Source: an uncultured Alphaproteobacteria bacterium
GTDB lineage: Bacteria; Pseudomonadota; Alphaproteobacteria; RF32; CAG-239
Direction: 5' to 3'
Length of the DNA: 64,000 bases
NCBI GenBank assembly: GCA_944391425.1
Contig: CALXTO010000003.1
Span: forward strand, 4,787 to 68,786
Of the stretch, positions 9,401 through 19,305 are shown in pieces (position 1 is the first letter of the stretch; each line of letters starts with the position of its first letter). The notes under the pieces were generated by a model, which saw only the letters and a list, made by a program, of their open reading frames with translations, made no database searches and was not told the DNA's origin. A program made the position numbers and the translations under genes.

Positions 9401-9422
9401 ATATAAGAAACGCGGCGGGGAT

Positions 9423-9896
9423 TTAAATGTACTGGATATCGATAATTTCAAAAGATTTGCGTCCGCCGGGGGCCGTATATTCGGCAATATCGCCGACTTC
9501 TTTGCCGATCAGCGCTTTGGCCAGAGGAGAAGACAGCGAAATCTTGTTTTTTTCGATGTCGGCTTCATAGTCGCCGACAATCTGGTAACGTTTTTCTTCA
9601 TCGGTATCTTCATCTGCAACCGAAACGGTGGCGCCGAAACGCACGACGTCGGCTTTGACAGTGCTGATGTCAATGACCTGTGCACGGCTGATAACGGCTT
9701 CAAGCTCCTGAATACGTCCTTCAATAAAGCTTTGTTTTTCTTTGGCGGCCGAGTATTCGGCGTTTTCGGACAAGTCGCCGTGGGAACGCGCTTCGGCAAT
9801 GGCGGCGATGATGTTGGGGCGTTCAACGCCTTTTAAGTTTTTTAATTCTTGCTCAAGAGCAATGTAACCCTGTTTGGTTAACGGGAACTTTTCCAT
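9423..9896 (-). CDS. greA: transcription elongation factor GreA
   Basis: 157 aa. N-terminal coiled-coil [17 protein letters not shown]..., the GDLSENAEY acidic finger motif, and a C-terminal FKBP-like domain. Confidence 0.9.
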   Translation of the reverse strand: MEKFPLTKQGYIALEQELKNLKGVERPNIIAAIAEARSHGDLSENAEYSAAKEKQSFIEGRIQELEAVISRAQVIDISTVKADVVRFGATVSVADEDTDEEKRYQIVGDYEADIEKNKISLSSPLAKALIGKEVGDIAEYTAPGGRKSFEIIDIQYI

Positions 9897-10106
9897 TTTT
9901 TCACCTATATGTCATGTATTTTAAGTTAGAAAAAACGAACTGCGAGGGCGGGAAGCCTTCACAGTCCGCAAATGTTTATAATGCTTTTAACTTAACACCA
10001 ATTTAAAATAAATCAAGCAATTTCTTTTGGTGGTAAAAATGCTTTTTTTGTGTACATGGCTGAAGTTTGTGTTAAATTAAAGGCGTTTAATTCTATTTGG
10101 AGAACT

Positions 10107-10571
10107 ATGGACATGAAAAAACTTTATCTCACTTCTATGGCGGCAGGTGCCTTGATGCTGGCTTCCGCTCCCGCCCATGCGATTGACAGTACCGGCTGCG
10201 GTCTGGGATCTATGGCCTGGCGCGGCCAGAGCGGCATTGCTCCGCAGGTTTTGGCCGTTACCACCAACGGGATTTTCGGAACTCAGACTTTCGGTATTAC
10301 GTTCGGAACTTCGGGCTGCGATCCTAACGGCCGGGTTACCGGAGGCACCCAGAAGATGGTTTTGGCTTTCATGGAAAACAATATGGAACAGTTTGCTCTT
10401 GACGCGGCTGCCGGGCACGGCGAGACTCTTGATACGCTGGCCGGAATTATGAACATGGACAAAGAAATCGTGGCGCGGAAAGCGCAACGGAATTTTGCCG
10501 CTTTGTTTACCGATCCGAATATTGATGCGGTTGATCTGACTTTGAATTTTATTGAAGTTATGAAGGCTTAA
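10107..10571 (+). CDS. secreted protein, DUF3015-like
   Basis: Signal peptide MKKLYLTSMAAGALMLASAPAHA, then a TGCGLGS motif and Gly/Thr-rich repeats that I recall as DUF3015 (from memory only). It ends 14 nt upstream of the next gene, so probably an operon. Confidence 0.5.
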   Translation: MDMKKLYLTSMAAGALMLASAPAHAIDSTGCGLGSMAWRGQSGIAPQVLAVTTNGIFGTQTFGITFGTSGCDPNGRVTGGTQKMVLAFMENNMEQFALDAAAGHGETLDTLAGIMNMDKEIVARKAQRNFAALFTDPNIDAVDLTLNFIEVMKA

Positions 10572-10585
10572 AGTCCGGTACGGAT

Positions 10586-12427
10586 ATGTTGAGAAAAAGG
10601 GGCTGCGGATACCAAGTCATTTGCAGGGCAGTGGCAGGAGCCGCAGCCTCTTTTTTGTTTTGTATTTCAGCTGCGGCGTCTGATTTTGCCCTGAGTCCGG
10701 CATGGCTGGCATTGGGGCATTATCAGCCGCACGGCAACGGGTATGAAAGCTCCGTTGATTCGGAAAATTTCTTTTTGAGTGCGGACGGAAAAATTAATCC
10801 ACAGCATGAACTTGATGCGACAATTGCTTTGTTTCAGTCAAATGACGACAAAACAAAATGCCTGTTCCCGGCCAGGTATAAGCTTTTGAAAAAACACGGG
10901 CTGATTGATTATGAATTTCCCGAATGCGAAGAATTGGAAAAGTTTTATGACGATCTGCGTCCGGCCGGGGTTACATTGCTTTTTACCGATGCCTATATGA
11001 ACAATCCGTCTTCTTTGTTCGGGCACACGCTTTTGCGAATCGATACGGCCCGAAAAGGAACTCAGCTTTTGGCGCACGGGGCAAATTACGGTGCTTTTAC
11101 CGCCGGGCAGGAAAACAGCGTTCTGTTTGCAGTTTACGGCTTGACAGGAGGTTATTACGGCGGGTTTACGGTTAAACCGTATTACGATATTATCAATACC
11201 TACAACAATATTGAGAATCGCGATATTTGGGAGCTTAATCTGAACTTTTCATCCGAGGAGCTGGATTTTTTCGTGGCGCATTTGTGGGAGATCGGCCATA
11301 CGCAGTCGCGCTATTATTTCTTTACGCGCAACTGTTCTTATATGCTGATGGAAACTCTTGATGCCGTGCGACCGTCATTGCAGCTGGCGCGGCAGTTTCC
11401 GCTGCAGACCATTCCGCTTGATAGTTTCAAAGCCGTTTACCGAACGCCGGGACTGGTGAAAAATGTCAATTATCGTCCGTCGCGACAGGCTAAAATCAGA
11501 CACCGTTACAAGCAGATGTCGTCAGCGCAGAAAAAGGCCTATTACCAGGCAATTGGGGATCAGGATTATGAAATGCAGGGATTGACGGATGCTGAAAAAG
11601 CAGACATCTTGGAAACGGCCTATCAGTTTGTCCAATATCAATATGTGGCGAAAAAACTGGAATTAAAGGATTATCGTCGCCAAAGCTTTCAGACGGCAGT
11701 TGCACGCAGCAGGCTTGCGGAACCCGGAAAAATTTCCGATCCCGAGGAAGGAAAGTCGCCACTGAAAGCTCATGAATCAATGCGGGCGACCGTTGCGGCG
11801 GGGTTTAGGAACGGCGAAGCTTTTCAGGAAATCAGCTATCGTCCGGCCTATCATTCGCTGACGGACGACGGTTTCGGCTTTTTGCGCGGGGCGGAGATTA
11901 ATTTTTTGAATACGACGCTGCGCCATTATGACGAACGGGACAAATATGTGCTGCAGCAGTTTGATCTGGTCGGGATACGTTCCCTTTCTCCGGTGGACGG
12001 AATGTTTGCCCCGATTTCTTTTCAGATTTTGGCAGATGTACGCCGCGAAACGAATCCCCAAACCGAAAAAGAGGGATATACGGCAAATTTGACGGTCGGC
12101 GGCGGTGGGAGTTATGCGTTGTCTGAAAATGTTTGGGCTTTTGCGATGACTAATCTGCACGCGGCTTACGGCGGTTTTTTGCCCCGCAACCAATATGCCG
12201 GAGCAGGGTTAGGCGGAGGCTTGTTTGCAGATTTTGGCCGGCTGCGTCTGCTGGCGGAAGTTGAAAAGATTTTTGCCAGTTCGAAATTCGGCAGTCGTAT
12301 GTTTTATAAAGGCGAGGCCGCTTTTACCCTTGACAGAAACTGGGCGTTGGCGGCCAACTATAAATATGAGCAGAATTACGGCCGCGATACGGAGGAGTTT
12401 TCGGCCGGCGTGCGCCGTTATTTTTGA
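10586..12427 (+). CDS. outer-membrane protein with an N-terminal DUF4105 (Lnb-N-like) periplasmic domain
   Basis: WLALGHYQP...FFLS...FPAR and FGHTLLRID motifs resemble DUF4105. The C-terminal Gly/aromatic-rich segment ending in ...RRYF looks like a beta-barrel terminus. Confidence 0.55.
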   Translation: MLRKRGCGYQVICRAVAGAAASFLFCISAAASDFALSPAWLALGHYQPHGNGYESSVDSENFFLSADGKINPQHELDATIALFQSNDDKTKCLFPARYKLLKKHGLIDYEFPECEELEKFYDDLRPAGVTLLFTDAYMNNPSSLFGHTLLRIDTARKGTQLLAHGANYGAFTAGQENSVLFAVYGLTGGYYGGFTVKPYYDIINTYNNIENRDIWELNLNFSSEELDFFVAHLWEIGHTQSRYYFFTRNCSYMLMETLDAVRPSLQLARQFPLQTIPLDSFKAVYRTPGLVKNVNYRPSRQAKIRHRYKQMSSAQKKAYYQAIGDQDYEMQGLTDAEKADILETAYQFVQYQYVAKKLELKDYRRQSFQTAVARSRLAEPGKISDPEEGKSPLKAHESMRATVAAGFRNGEAFQEISYRPAYHSLTDDGFGFLRGAEINFLNTTLRHYDERDKYVLQQFDLVGIRSLSPVDGMFAPISFQILADVRRETNPQTEKEGYTANLTVGGGGSYALSENVWAFAMTNLHAAYGGFLPRNQYAGAGLGGGLFADFGRLRLLAEVEKIFASSKFGSRMFYKGEAAFTLDRNWALAANYKYEQNYGRDTEEFSAGVRRYF

Positions 12428-13149
12428 TACAGGACTTTTTGCCCGGAGTTGGCAATGAAGTTGCGGGCGCGAGCGGAAGCGTTTTCGCCTGAGGTTTGTA
12501 CACGGACGATAATTCCGCCGTTTATGATGCCGGCGATAAAGGTTTCATCATTGTTTTCGCGAACCAGATAGCTGTTGTCGCCAATATTTTCCAACTTGAA
12601 TTCGTTAAGCTCAAACCGGTGCCCTTTGAGGTCGGCAAGGGGCTGTGCGGATTCCTGCCTGGTTTGGGAATCCGTTTTGGCGGCAATGGCCGCGCGCAGA
12701 TTGTTCAGGGCTTCGTCATTTTGTACAAAAGAAAAATCAAGAGTTTTGCCGTTTTCGTTTTTGCTGCCGGAAACGGCAAATTTATCTTGTGCAGAAGCAT
12801 TTTTCTGTTGTTTGTAGTTTTTATATTCTTTAAGCTCGTCATTAAGCTGTTTGACTTGGGTGTTGATTTCCTGATTCATTTGTTCGGCGGCTTTGCTAAA
12901 CACCCTGTTTTCTTCCAGAGATTTCATCAGCGGCGGCAGAGTTTTGAAAACGTCCTGCATCATCTGGCTCATACTTTGAGCCATGACCGGCATCATCTGT
13001 TGCATCTGCCGATCCATTTCCTCAAAGGATTTCTGCATAGTGGCTTGGGTTTGCTCCAGGCTTTTTTGAACTTCGGCATTGGCAATTTCTTCAGCTTCAG
13101 CCTGAAAACTCAGGCATAAAGATATGGCAAACAACAAAAATTTTTTCAT
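12418..13149 (-). CDS. secreted/periplasmic Met- and Gln-rich protein
   Basis: Signal peptide MKKFLLFAISLCLSFQAEA. Met-rich tracts such as MQQMMPVMAQSMSQMMQ. Convergent with the DUF4105 gene and overlapping it by 10 nt. Confidence 0.55.
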   Translation of the reverse strand: MKKFLLFAISLCLSFQAEAEEIANAEVQKSLEQTQATMQKSFEEMDRQMQQMMPVMAQSMSQMMQDVFKTLPPLMKSLEENRVFSKAAEQMNQEINTQVKQLNDELKEYKNYKQQKNASAQDKFAVSGSKNENGKTLDFSFVQNDEALNNLRAAIAAKTDSQTRQESAQPLADLKGHRFELNEFKLENIGDNSYLVRENNDETFIAGIINGGIIVRVQTSGENASARARNFIANSGQKVLYQK

Positions 13150-13260
13150 TTCTTTTCTCCTCTATTTATAAAATAGTGCAGTGCGGGCAGAAAGGCAATT
13201 GATTTTTTGCGGCAATAAATGTATGTTAACAGCAATGCAGCTAATTTAAGGAGAAAAGAA

Positions 13261-13713
13261 ATGTTACGCGAAGATTTGCAAAAGGCACTTAAGGAGGCCA
13301 TGCTGGCTCATGATGCGGCGACGACCGGTGCGGTGCGTCTGATTATTGCCGGCATGAAGGAAAAAGACGTTGAAGCCCGCGGCAAAGGCGCTAAGGAAGC
13401 GACGGAAGCAGAGTTGTTGTCGATGATGCAGACCATGGTTAAACAGCGCAATGATTCGATTAAGATGTTTATGGACGGCAACCGCCCTGAACTGGCTGAG
13501 AAAGAAAAAGCGGAAATAGCAGTTATTGAACGTTTTATGCCCAAACAGCTGAGCGATGCCGAGACCGAAGCCGCTATTAAGGCCGTTATTGCAGAAACCG
13601 GCGCCGCTTCCATGAAAGATATGGGCAAAGTGATGGGTGCGCTGAAGGCAAAATACGCCGGGCAGCTGGATATGGGCAAGGCCAACGGTATTCTTAAAGG
13701 TTTGCTGGGGTAA
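13261..13713 (+). CDS. GatB/YqeY domain-containing protein
   Basis: LREDLQKALKEAM...RLIIAGMKEKDVEARGKG...ELLSMMQTMVKQR pattern typical of the YqeY family. GGAG SD before the ATG at 13261. Confidence 0.75.
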   Translation: MLREDLQKALKEAMLAHDAATTGAVRLIIAGMKEKDVEARGKGAKEATEAELLSMMQTMVKQRNDSIKMFMDGNRPELAEKEKAEIAVIERFMPKQLSDAETEAAIKAVIAETGAASMKDMGKVMGALKAKYAGQLDMGKANGILKGLLG

Positions 13714-13737
13714 TCCGCATTTGAAAAGCAACGGCGG

Positions 13738-13773
13738 GCTCTAGGAAGCGCCGCCGTTTTTTTGCGCTTGACA
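13738..13773 (+). terminator. rho-independent terminator
   Basis: aacggcgg...ccgccgtt stem followed by a 7-nt T-run. Confidence 0.7.
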
Positions 13774-13826
13774 GTAAAGCTTGGATTGGTAAAGTAGCGG
13801 TAGTTGCGGCAATTTGCGGGAAAATA

Positions 13827-15623
13827 ATGGCGAATACTGATTTACAGCGGTTTTGTGATGAATTAAGGGCAAAAATTTCGATTGCCGACGTGGTCGGGCA
13901 AAAGGTTAAGCTTACCCGCAAGGGCAGGGAATATACAGGTTTGTGCCCTTTTCACAATGAAAAAACGCCGTCTTTTACCGTTAATGAGGCCAAAGGGTTT
14001 TATCATTGTTTCGGCTGCGGGGCGCATGGCGACATTATCAAATTTGAAATGGATGCCAACGGCCTGACCTTTATTGATGCGGTGGATAAACTGGCACATA
14101 AAGTCGGGATGCAGCTGCCTAAACTTACTCATGAAAATAAAGAACAGGCAGAGAAGCGTGCATCTGCCTACGACATTATGGAAATGGCCGCCAAATTTTT
14201 TGAGAAAAACCTGCGCCTGACCGGCGGCAAAGAAGCATTGGATTATCTTTATGCCCGAGGTTTTGACGATGCAATTATTGCCAAGTTCCGTCTGGGTTTT
14301 GCGCCAAACAACAACGGGCTGAAAGCGCAGCTGACATCAAAAGGCGTTACGGAACAGGAAATGGCGGAACTTGGGCTTTTGACCATTCCTGAAGGGCGCC
14401 GTCCGCATGATTTTTTCCGCAACCGGGTAATGATTCCGATTATTGATAAACGCGGCAAAGTGATTGCTTTCGGGGGCAGGGTGATGGACGGCAGCCAGCC
14501 AAAATATCTGAACTCGCCCGAGACGCCGGTTTTCAATAAACGCCGGGTGCTGTACAATCTCAACAATGCCCGCGAACCGGGATATGACGCCAGGGCGCTG
14601 ATTATCTGCGAAGGTTATATGGATGTGATTGCCATGGACAAATATGGCATTAATTATGCCGTGGCACCATTGGGGACGGCCTTGACCGAGGATCAGATTG
14701 CCGAAGCCTGGAAGGTCGTGCCAGAGCCGATTTGCTGTTTTGACGGCGACAGCGCCGGCGTGCGGGCGGCTGTTCGTTCGGTTGATCGTGTATTGCCGAT
14801 TTTAAAGCCCGGGTATTCCCTGCAATATGCTTTTTTGCCTGACAAAATGGATCCGGACGAGTTTTTGAAAGCAAAAGGAAAAGAAGAATTTCTTAAGGTG
14901 ATAAATGACACAATGCCGCTTAAGGAGTTGCTATGGAAGAAAAATGTCGACGGGCAGCCTCTGAATACGCCGGAACAAAAGGCCCTGGTGGAAAAAAATA
15001 TCAAAGAGGAAGTGGCTAAAATTTCCGACGAAACGGTTCGCGGCTATTATGTTCAGGATATGAAAAGCAAAATTTACCATGAAATCGGTCGCGGCGCCTG
15101 GCAGCCGCAAAAACGCGACTATAAAAAAATATCCCGTTCCACAGTGGTTTGGGGCGGAAATGTTAAGACCAATCTGGACGATTTGTCGGCACAGTATGTG
15201 GTTTCGGCACTGGCCTGTTATCCGCGCCTGATTGAGGAATATGAGGAAAGGCTGTTTGATTTTGAGATTAAAAATTCCCGATTGCACGGGCTCTTTGAAA
15301 CTTTTTTTGAAATTGCCCATGAACATGAAGATCTGCATGACGCTTCTGAACTGCAGGAGTTGGTAAAAACAAAAGGAATGGCGGAAGAATTTGAAAAATA
15401 TGTCGAAATCAAAATGATGTTGCGGCAGAATCCGGATATTATCAAAATGCGCCATAATTTGGACGAGGCAATTACGGAAGTGCAGCTGCGCCAGTTGGAA
15501 AAAGACATTCGCGAATGCGTGCGGATTATGGAAAGCGAGTCGTTTTCCGAGGAAGTTTATAACCGTTATGAGTCGCTCAAAAAAGAACGGGACGCTATTT
15601 TGGGAGAACGGGAAGGCGAATGA
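13827..15623 (+). CDS. dnaG: DNA primase
   Basis: CHC2 zinc finger CPFHNEKTPSFTVN...HCFGCGAHGD and a TOPRIM region; dnaG-rpoD synteny. Confidence 0.9.
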   Translation: MANTDLQRFCDELRAKISIADVVGQKVKLTRKGREYTGLCPFHNEKTPSFTVNEAKGFYHCFGCGAHGDIIKFEMDANGLTFIDAVDKLAHKVGMQLPKLTHENKEQAEKRASAYDIMEMAAKFFEKNLRLTGGKEALDYLYARGFDDAIIAKFRLGFAPNNNGLKAQLTSKGVTEQEMAELGLLTIPEGRRPHDFFRNRVMIPIIDKRGKVIAFGGRVMDGSQPKYLNSPETPVFNKRRVLYNLNNAREPGYDARALIICEGYMDVIAMDKYGINYAVAPLGTALTEDQIAEAWKVVPEPICCFDGDSAGVRAAVRSVDRVLPILKPGYSLQYAFLPDKMDPDEFLKAKGKEEFLKVINDTMPLKELLWKKNVDGQPLNTPEQKALVEKNIKEEVAKISDETVRGYYVQDMKSKIYHEIGRGAWQPQKRDYKKISRSTVVWGGNVKTNLDDLSAQYVVSALACYPRLIEEYEERLFDFEIKNSRLHGLFETFFEIAHEHEDLHDASELQELVKTKGMAEEFEKYVEIKMMLRQNPDIIKMRHNLDEAITEVQLRQLEKDIRECVRIMESESFSEEVYNRYESLKKERDAILGEREGE

Positions 15624-15704
15624 GGGAAAAGTCGTGGTTCCCGGTATTGTGGGCGAATCGGAGAGAATCGCGATTTTTTTTGATAAAATTGTGCGCTTTG
15701 AGAC

Positions 15705-15733
15705 TTGACATTTGGCTCAAAAATTATTAAAAG
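15705..15733 (+). promoter_or_regulatory. candidate sigma-70 promoter for rpoD
   Basis: TTGACA, 17-nt spacer, TAAAAG (weak -10). Confidence 0.3.
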
Positions 15734-15781
15734 TGCTCTAGCTGAAAATTTATGCAAAAACCGGTTTTTTAAGGAACGTTA

Positions 15782-17857
15782 ATGTCAGATATGGAAAATC
15801 AGGATCTGTATGAGGGCGCGTCGGCCGACGCTCCCTTAATCGATTCTTTGGGCAGCGCCGTTAAACGTCTGCTTGATAAGGGGAAACTCCGCGGTTATAT
15901 TACGGTTGAAGAACTTAATAAGGCTCTGCCTCCGGAAAGGGAGTCTTCGGAGCATATCGAAGATATTATGGCGGAAATTTCAGATATGGGTATCAGCATC
16001 ATTGCCGAAGCCGATGTTGACAGTTTTGAACCGGATATGGTTGAAGACGATAGCTTTGATGATGAAGAGGACGAAGGCGGAAATTTTGACGAAAAGGAAA
16101 TGGGGCGCAATGATGATCCCGTCCGCATGTATCTGAAAGAAATGGGATCAGTCGAGCTTTTGTCGCGCGAAGGGGAAATTGCCATCGCCAAACGTATTGA
16201 AGCCGGTAAAACCGTCATGATTGACGGCTTGTGCGAAAGCCCGATGACTATTAAAGCGATTGCCGGCTGGCGAGATGAACTGGTTAATGGCACCATGCAG
16301 TTGCGCGATATTGTCGATTTGGAAATGATGTACGGCGACGATGCCGATGTCATGGCCTATGAAGAGGAAGATACCAGCGCCAACGAGGATTTTGACAAGG
16401 TTGCCGAAGAGTTGGCCAAAAAGGAAAATCTGGATGACATTGACGAAGAGCTGGAAGACGATATTGAGTTAGACAGCACGGTTGAAGACGAAGCCGAGGA
16501 AGACGACGTTGACGACGATATGGGTGAAGGCGGCGAGGATGAAGACGGATCTGCTGATGATGACCTGGACGGTAACGGCAACCGGGCCGCGGCTTCCGTG
16601 TCGGCAATGGAAGAGGCTTTGAAGGAGCCTGTGTTAGATATTTTGAACAAAATTTCCAGCTATTATGATGATTTGAAAAAAATTCAAAATCAGCGCGTGG
16701 CGGCAATTATTGCCGGAAAAAGTGTTACACCGGCTGTTGAAAAGCATTATCTGAAAGTCAAAAAAGATTTGGTTGAACTGATGAGTTCAATCCATTTGAA
16801 TGCAACCCGTGTCGAACAACTTGTCGAACAGCTTAACGGGCTGAACAAAAGATTAATGGGGTTGGAAGGAAAATTGCTGCGTTATGCCATGTCCTGCAAG
16901 ATTAAGCGGGAAGATTTTCTGGACGCCTATCAGAAATCTGAGCTAGATCCCAACTGGCTGGAAAATGTTTCGCACAAAAAAGATAAACACTGGCAGGCTT
17001 TTGTGGAAAAATACGGTTCGGAAATTGTTGAACTGCGTGATTCTGTCGCTCAGATGGCTCAGGAATGCGGGCTGCCAATCAGCGAATATCGCCGGATGGT
17101 TGACACAATCAAGAAAGGCGAAAGAGAGGCTGAGCGCGCCAAAAAAGAAATGATTGAGGCTAATTTGCGTTTGGTGATTTCCATTGCCAAAAAATATACT
17201 AACCGCGGCCTGCAGTTTTTGGATCTGATTCAGGAAGGAAACATCGGCCTGATGAAGGCGGTTGACAAGTTTGAATACCGCCGGGGTTATAAGTTTTCGA
17301 CCTATGCGACCTGGTGGATACGTCAGGCAATTACGCGTTCGATTGCCGATCAGGCACGTACGATTCGTATTCCGGTGCATATGATTGAAACGATTAACAA
17401 GCTGGTTCGTACGTCTCGCCAGATGTTGGCGGAAATGGGGCGCGAACCGGTTCCTGAGGAGTTGGCGGCGCGTTTGTCTATGCCGTTGGAAAAGGTGCGC
17501 AAGGTGATGAAGATTGCCAAAGAGCCTGTTTCTCTGGAAGCTCCGGTAGGGGATGAAGAAGATTCCTCCCTGGGAGATTTTATTGCCGACGACAGTGCTT
17601 TACAGCCCTTGGATTCGGCAATCCATTCCAACTTGAAGGAAACCTGCACGCGGATTTTGTCTTCCTTGACGCCTCGCGAGGAGCGCGTGCTGCGCATGCG
17701 TTTCGGCATCGGGATGAATACGGATCATACGTTGGAGGAAGTAGGGCAGCAATTTAACGTTACCCGTGAACGCATCCGCCAAATTGAGGCTAAAGCCTTG
17801 CGTAAACTCAAACATCCGAGCCGTTCGCGCAAGTTGAGAAGTTTTTTGGATCAATAA
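15782..17857 (+). CDS. rpoD: RNA polymerase sigma factor RpoD (sigma-70)
   Basis: Region 1.1, a long D/E-rich acidic spacer, the region 2 signature [52 protein letters not shown], and the region 4 helix-turn-helix. Confidence 0.9.
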   Translation: MSDMENQDLYEGASADAPLIDSLGSAVKRLLDKGKLRGYITVEELNKALPPERESSEHIEDIMAEISDMGISIIAEADVDSFEPDMVEDDSFDDEEDEGGNFDEKEMGRNDDPVRMYLKEMGSVELLSREGEIAIAKRIEAGKTVMIDGLCESPMTIKAIAGWRDELVNGTMQLRDIVDLEMMYGDDADVMAYEEEDTSANEDFDKVAEELAKKENLDDIDEELEDDIELDSTVEDEAEEDDVDDDMGEGGEDEDGSADDDLDGNGNRAAASVSAMEEALKEPVLDILNKISSYYDDLKKIQNQRVAAIIAGKSVTPAVEKHYLKVKKDLVELMSSIHLNATRVEQLVEQLNGLNKRLMGLEGKLLRYAMSCKIKREDFLDAYQKSELDPNWLENVSHKKDKHWQAFVEKYGSEIVELRDSVAQMAQECGLPISEYRRMVDTIKKGEREAERAKKEMIEANLRLVISIAKKYTNRGLQFLDLIQEGNIGLMKAVDKFEYRRGYKFSTYATWWIRQAITRSIADQARTIRIPVHMIETINKLVRTSRQMLAEMGREPVPEELAARLSMPLEKVRKVMKIAKEPVSLEAPVGDEEDSSLGDFIADDSALQPLDSAIHSNLKETCTRILSSLTPREERVLRMRFGIGMNTDHTLEEVGQQFNVTRERIRQIEAKALRKLKHPSRSRKLRSFLDQ

Positions 17858-17860
17858 TAA

Positions 17861-17895
17861 AAAAAGCCGGCAGCAGAGTATGCCGGCTTCTTTTC
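17861..17895 (+). terminator. rpoD terminator
   Basis: gccggca-gcagagta-tgccggc hairpin followed by ttcttttc. Confidence 0.65.
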
Positions 17896-17906
17896 AGGGG
17901 TATGTC

Positions 17907-18362
17907 ATGACTTGTGTTTATTCTCCGACAGATGTTGAAATTATGAGAAAAACGGATTTATCCAAGAACAAATCCCGTTTGCAGGAACTGGTTGATTTTG
18001 CCAAGGCTTCTGGATTTCGGCGGTTGGGAATTGCCAATTGCAAAAGCGTGCAGCCATATGCCGATAAATTGGCGAACATTTTGAGGCAGGCAGGGTTTGA
18101 AGTATTTACGGTTAATTGCAAGGAAAGCGGGTTGAAAGGATCTGATGTTTGTAATGAACTCCGAGGACCTTGCTGCGATCCGCTTTTTCAGGCGGCGTTT
18201 TTGAATGAGAAAAAAACAGAATTTAATATTGAAGTCGGATTATGTTTGGGGCATGGCCTCTTGTTTCAAAAATATTCGCAGGCCGCGGTTACCTCATTTT
18301 TGGTTAAAGATTTTGCGCATATGCATAATACGGCTGCTGCTTTGGAAGATATTCCGGCTTAA
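17907..18362 (+). CDS. hypothetical protein with conserved Cys motifs (possibly DUF1847-like)
   Basis: ANCK, VNCK, PCCDP and GLCLGHG cysteine motifs. AGGGG RBS before the ATG at 17907. The track ORF starting at 17880 overlaps the rpoD terminator. Confidence 0.4.
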   Translation: MTCVYSPTDVEIMRKTDLSKNKSRLQELVDFAKASGFRRLGIANCKSVQPYADKLANILRQAGFEVFTVNCKESGLKGSDVCNELRGPCCDPLFQAAFLNEKKTEFNIEVGLCLGHGLLFQKYSQAAVTSFLVKDFAHMHNTAAALEDIPA

Positions 18363-18916
18363 TCTCCGCGGTATTTGGCTTGTTTCCAGGCAAGCAGGAG
18401 TTCCGGTCTGGAAGCGTAGGGAGCCCGGGCAAGGCGACGGGCAAGTTCTTTCTTTTTTTCGGCCAGCTGTTTGCGGCGGGTATTTTCTTTTATCAGAGCG
18501 TCCTGGCGGGCGCTGACAGGGGAATCTTCCGCAGATGCGTGCAAATCAAACAGAACAGCCATGTCTTTAAAGCTTACTTCCAGTGTCCGATTTTTTCCCC
18601 GGCGTTTCATGTCTTGGAATGTTTTGATAATTTCGGGGTCAATTTTAGGACGGATATATTCCTGATATTGGCGTATACGGTAATTAGCCGCTGGTTCATA
18701 TTTTAACCTGATGTTTCCATTGCCGAAGTCAGTTAAGATAATTCCCGATTCAACTCTTTCGGCGCCAGGATCGGCAATGCGTCGCATTTGCAGCAGACAA
18801 TCGTGTGTCAATTCGTTTTCGTGTCTGGATAAGCCGGCCGGATAAATGTCGACAAAAATCTTTTCCGGACAATGATTGGAATTTTTATAGCAGATAACAC
18901 GATATTGCTCGAACAT
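18359..18916 (-). CDS. hypothetical protein
   Basis: 185-aa ORF with a basic C-terminal tail (KKKELARRLARAPY...) and no recognisable domain. Convergent with the previous gene, overlapping it by 4 nt. Confidence 0.4.
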   Translation of the reverse strand: MFEQYRVICYKNSNHCPEKIFVDIYPAGLSRHENELTHDCLLQMRRIADPGAERVESGIILTDFGNGNIRLKYEPAANYRIRQYQEYIRPKIDPEIIKTFQDMKRRGKNRTLEVSFKDMAVLFDLHASAEDSPVSARQDALIKENTRRKQLAEKKKELARRLARAPYASRPELLLAWKQAKYRGD

Positions 18917-19010
18917 ATCCTTTTACTCCGATGATGTTTTTTGACAAATTATATTGCAGAAAAAATATTTTGTCTATATTTAATTTGTTTGTCATAAGAG
19001 TAAAATTTGC

Positions 19011-19039
19011 TTGACTATGACTGGTTTTTGACTTATTTT
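19011..19039 (+). promoter_or_regulatory. candidate sigma-70 promoter of the tRNA locus
   Basis: TTGACT, 17-nt spacer, TATTTT; ends about 20 nt before the tRNA-like 5' fragment. Confidence 0.35.
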
Positions 19040-19059
19040 TCAACCTGTTTCCGGCGAAC

Positions 19060-19082
19060 GGGCCCATAGCTCAGTTGGTTAG
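19060..19082 (+). pseudogene. 5' 23-nt fragment of the tRNA(CAU) gene (disrupted second copy)
   Basis: gggcccatagctcagttggttag is identical to 19306-19328. The sequence then diverges into the GC-rich insert, and no 3' tRNA half follows. Confidence 0.5.
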
Positions 19083-19257
19083 CCGGAGGCTAAAAAGGTT
19101 GCCTGTGGCAAGCTTTTTAACGACGGGTGCAGCGGAGTTAGGCTGCGAGCGAGGCGAGAGCCGAGTTGAAGCAGGCGTTACGAGCAAACGACAGAAGCGG
19201 AGTTGATGAGGCGATGAGCCGAATTATACGAAGCGCGTCAGGCCTGCTCTTGGAAAG
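19083..19257. repeat. GC-rich insert with degenerate ~40-nt internal direct repeats, ending in an inverted copy of tRNA positions 21-31
   Basis: Opens with the hairpin aaaaaggttgcctgtggcaagcttttt. The repeats are agcggagttaggctgcgagcgaggcgagagccga and agcggagttgatgaggcgatgagccga. The 3' end is gcgtcAGGCCTGCTCT, the reverse complement of tRNA AGAGCAGGCCG. Confidence 0.35.
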
Positions 19258-19305
19258 AATTATTGTGAAGCAAGAATGCTGTTTTTTGTAAACAGGTAAA
19301 GTTGC

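Noticed and set aside
15676-15690. aatcgcgatt palindrome plus T-run as a dnaG terminator
   Set aside because: The stem is only 4-5 bp, which is too weak. dnaG and rpoD are normally co-transcribed.
15895-16706. Antisense ORFs (152, 118 and 97 aa) within the rpoD acidic-spacer region, which might also look like a repeat array
   Set aside because: The region is the D/E-rich coding low-complexity of rpoD. The periodic GAAGA(C/T)GA is codon repetition, not CRISPR or regulatory repeats.
19060-19300. An intron-containing tRNA (group I intron) as the explanation for the first tRNA-like start
   Set aside because: The interruption is after position 23 in the D-loop, not in the anticodon loop. No 3' tRNA half (T-arm or acceptor) follows the insert. 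Only an inverted 11-nt piece follows.
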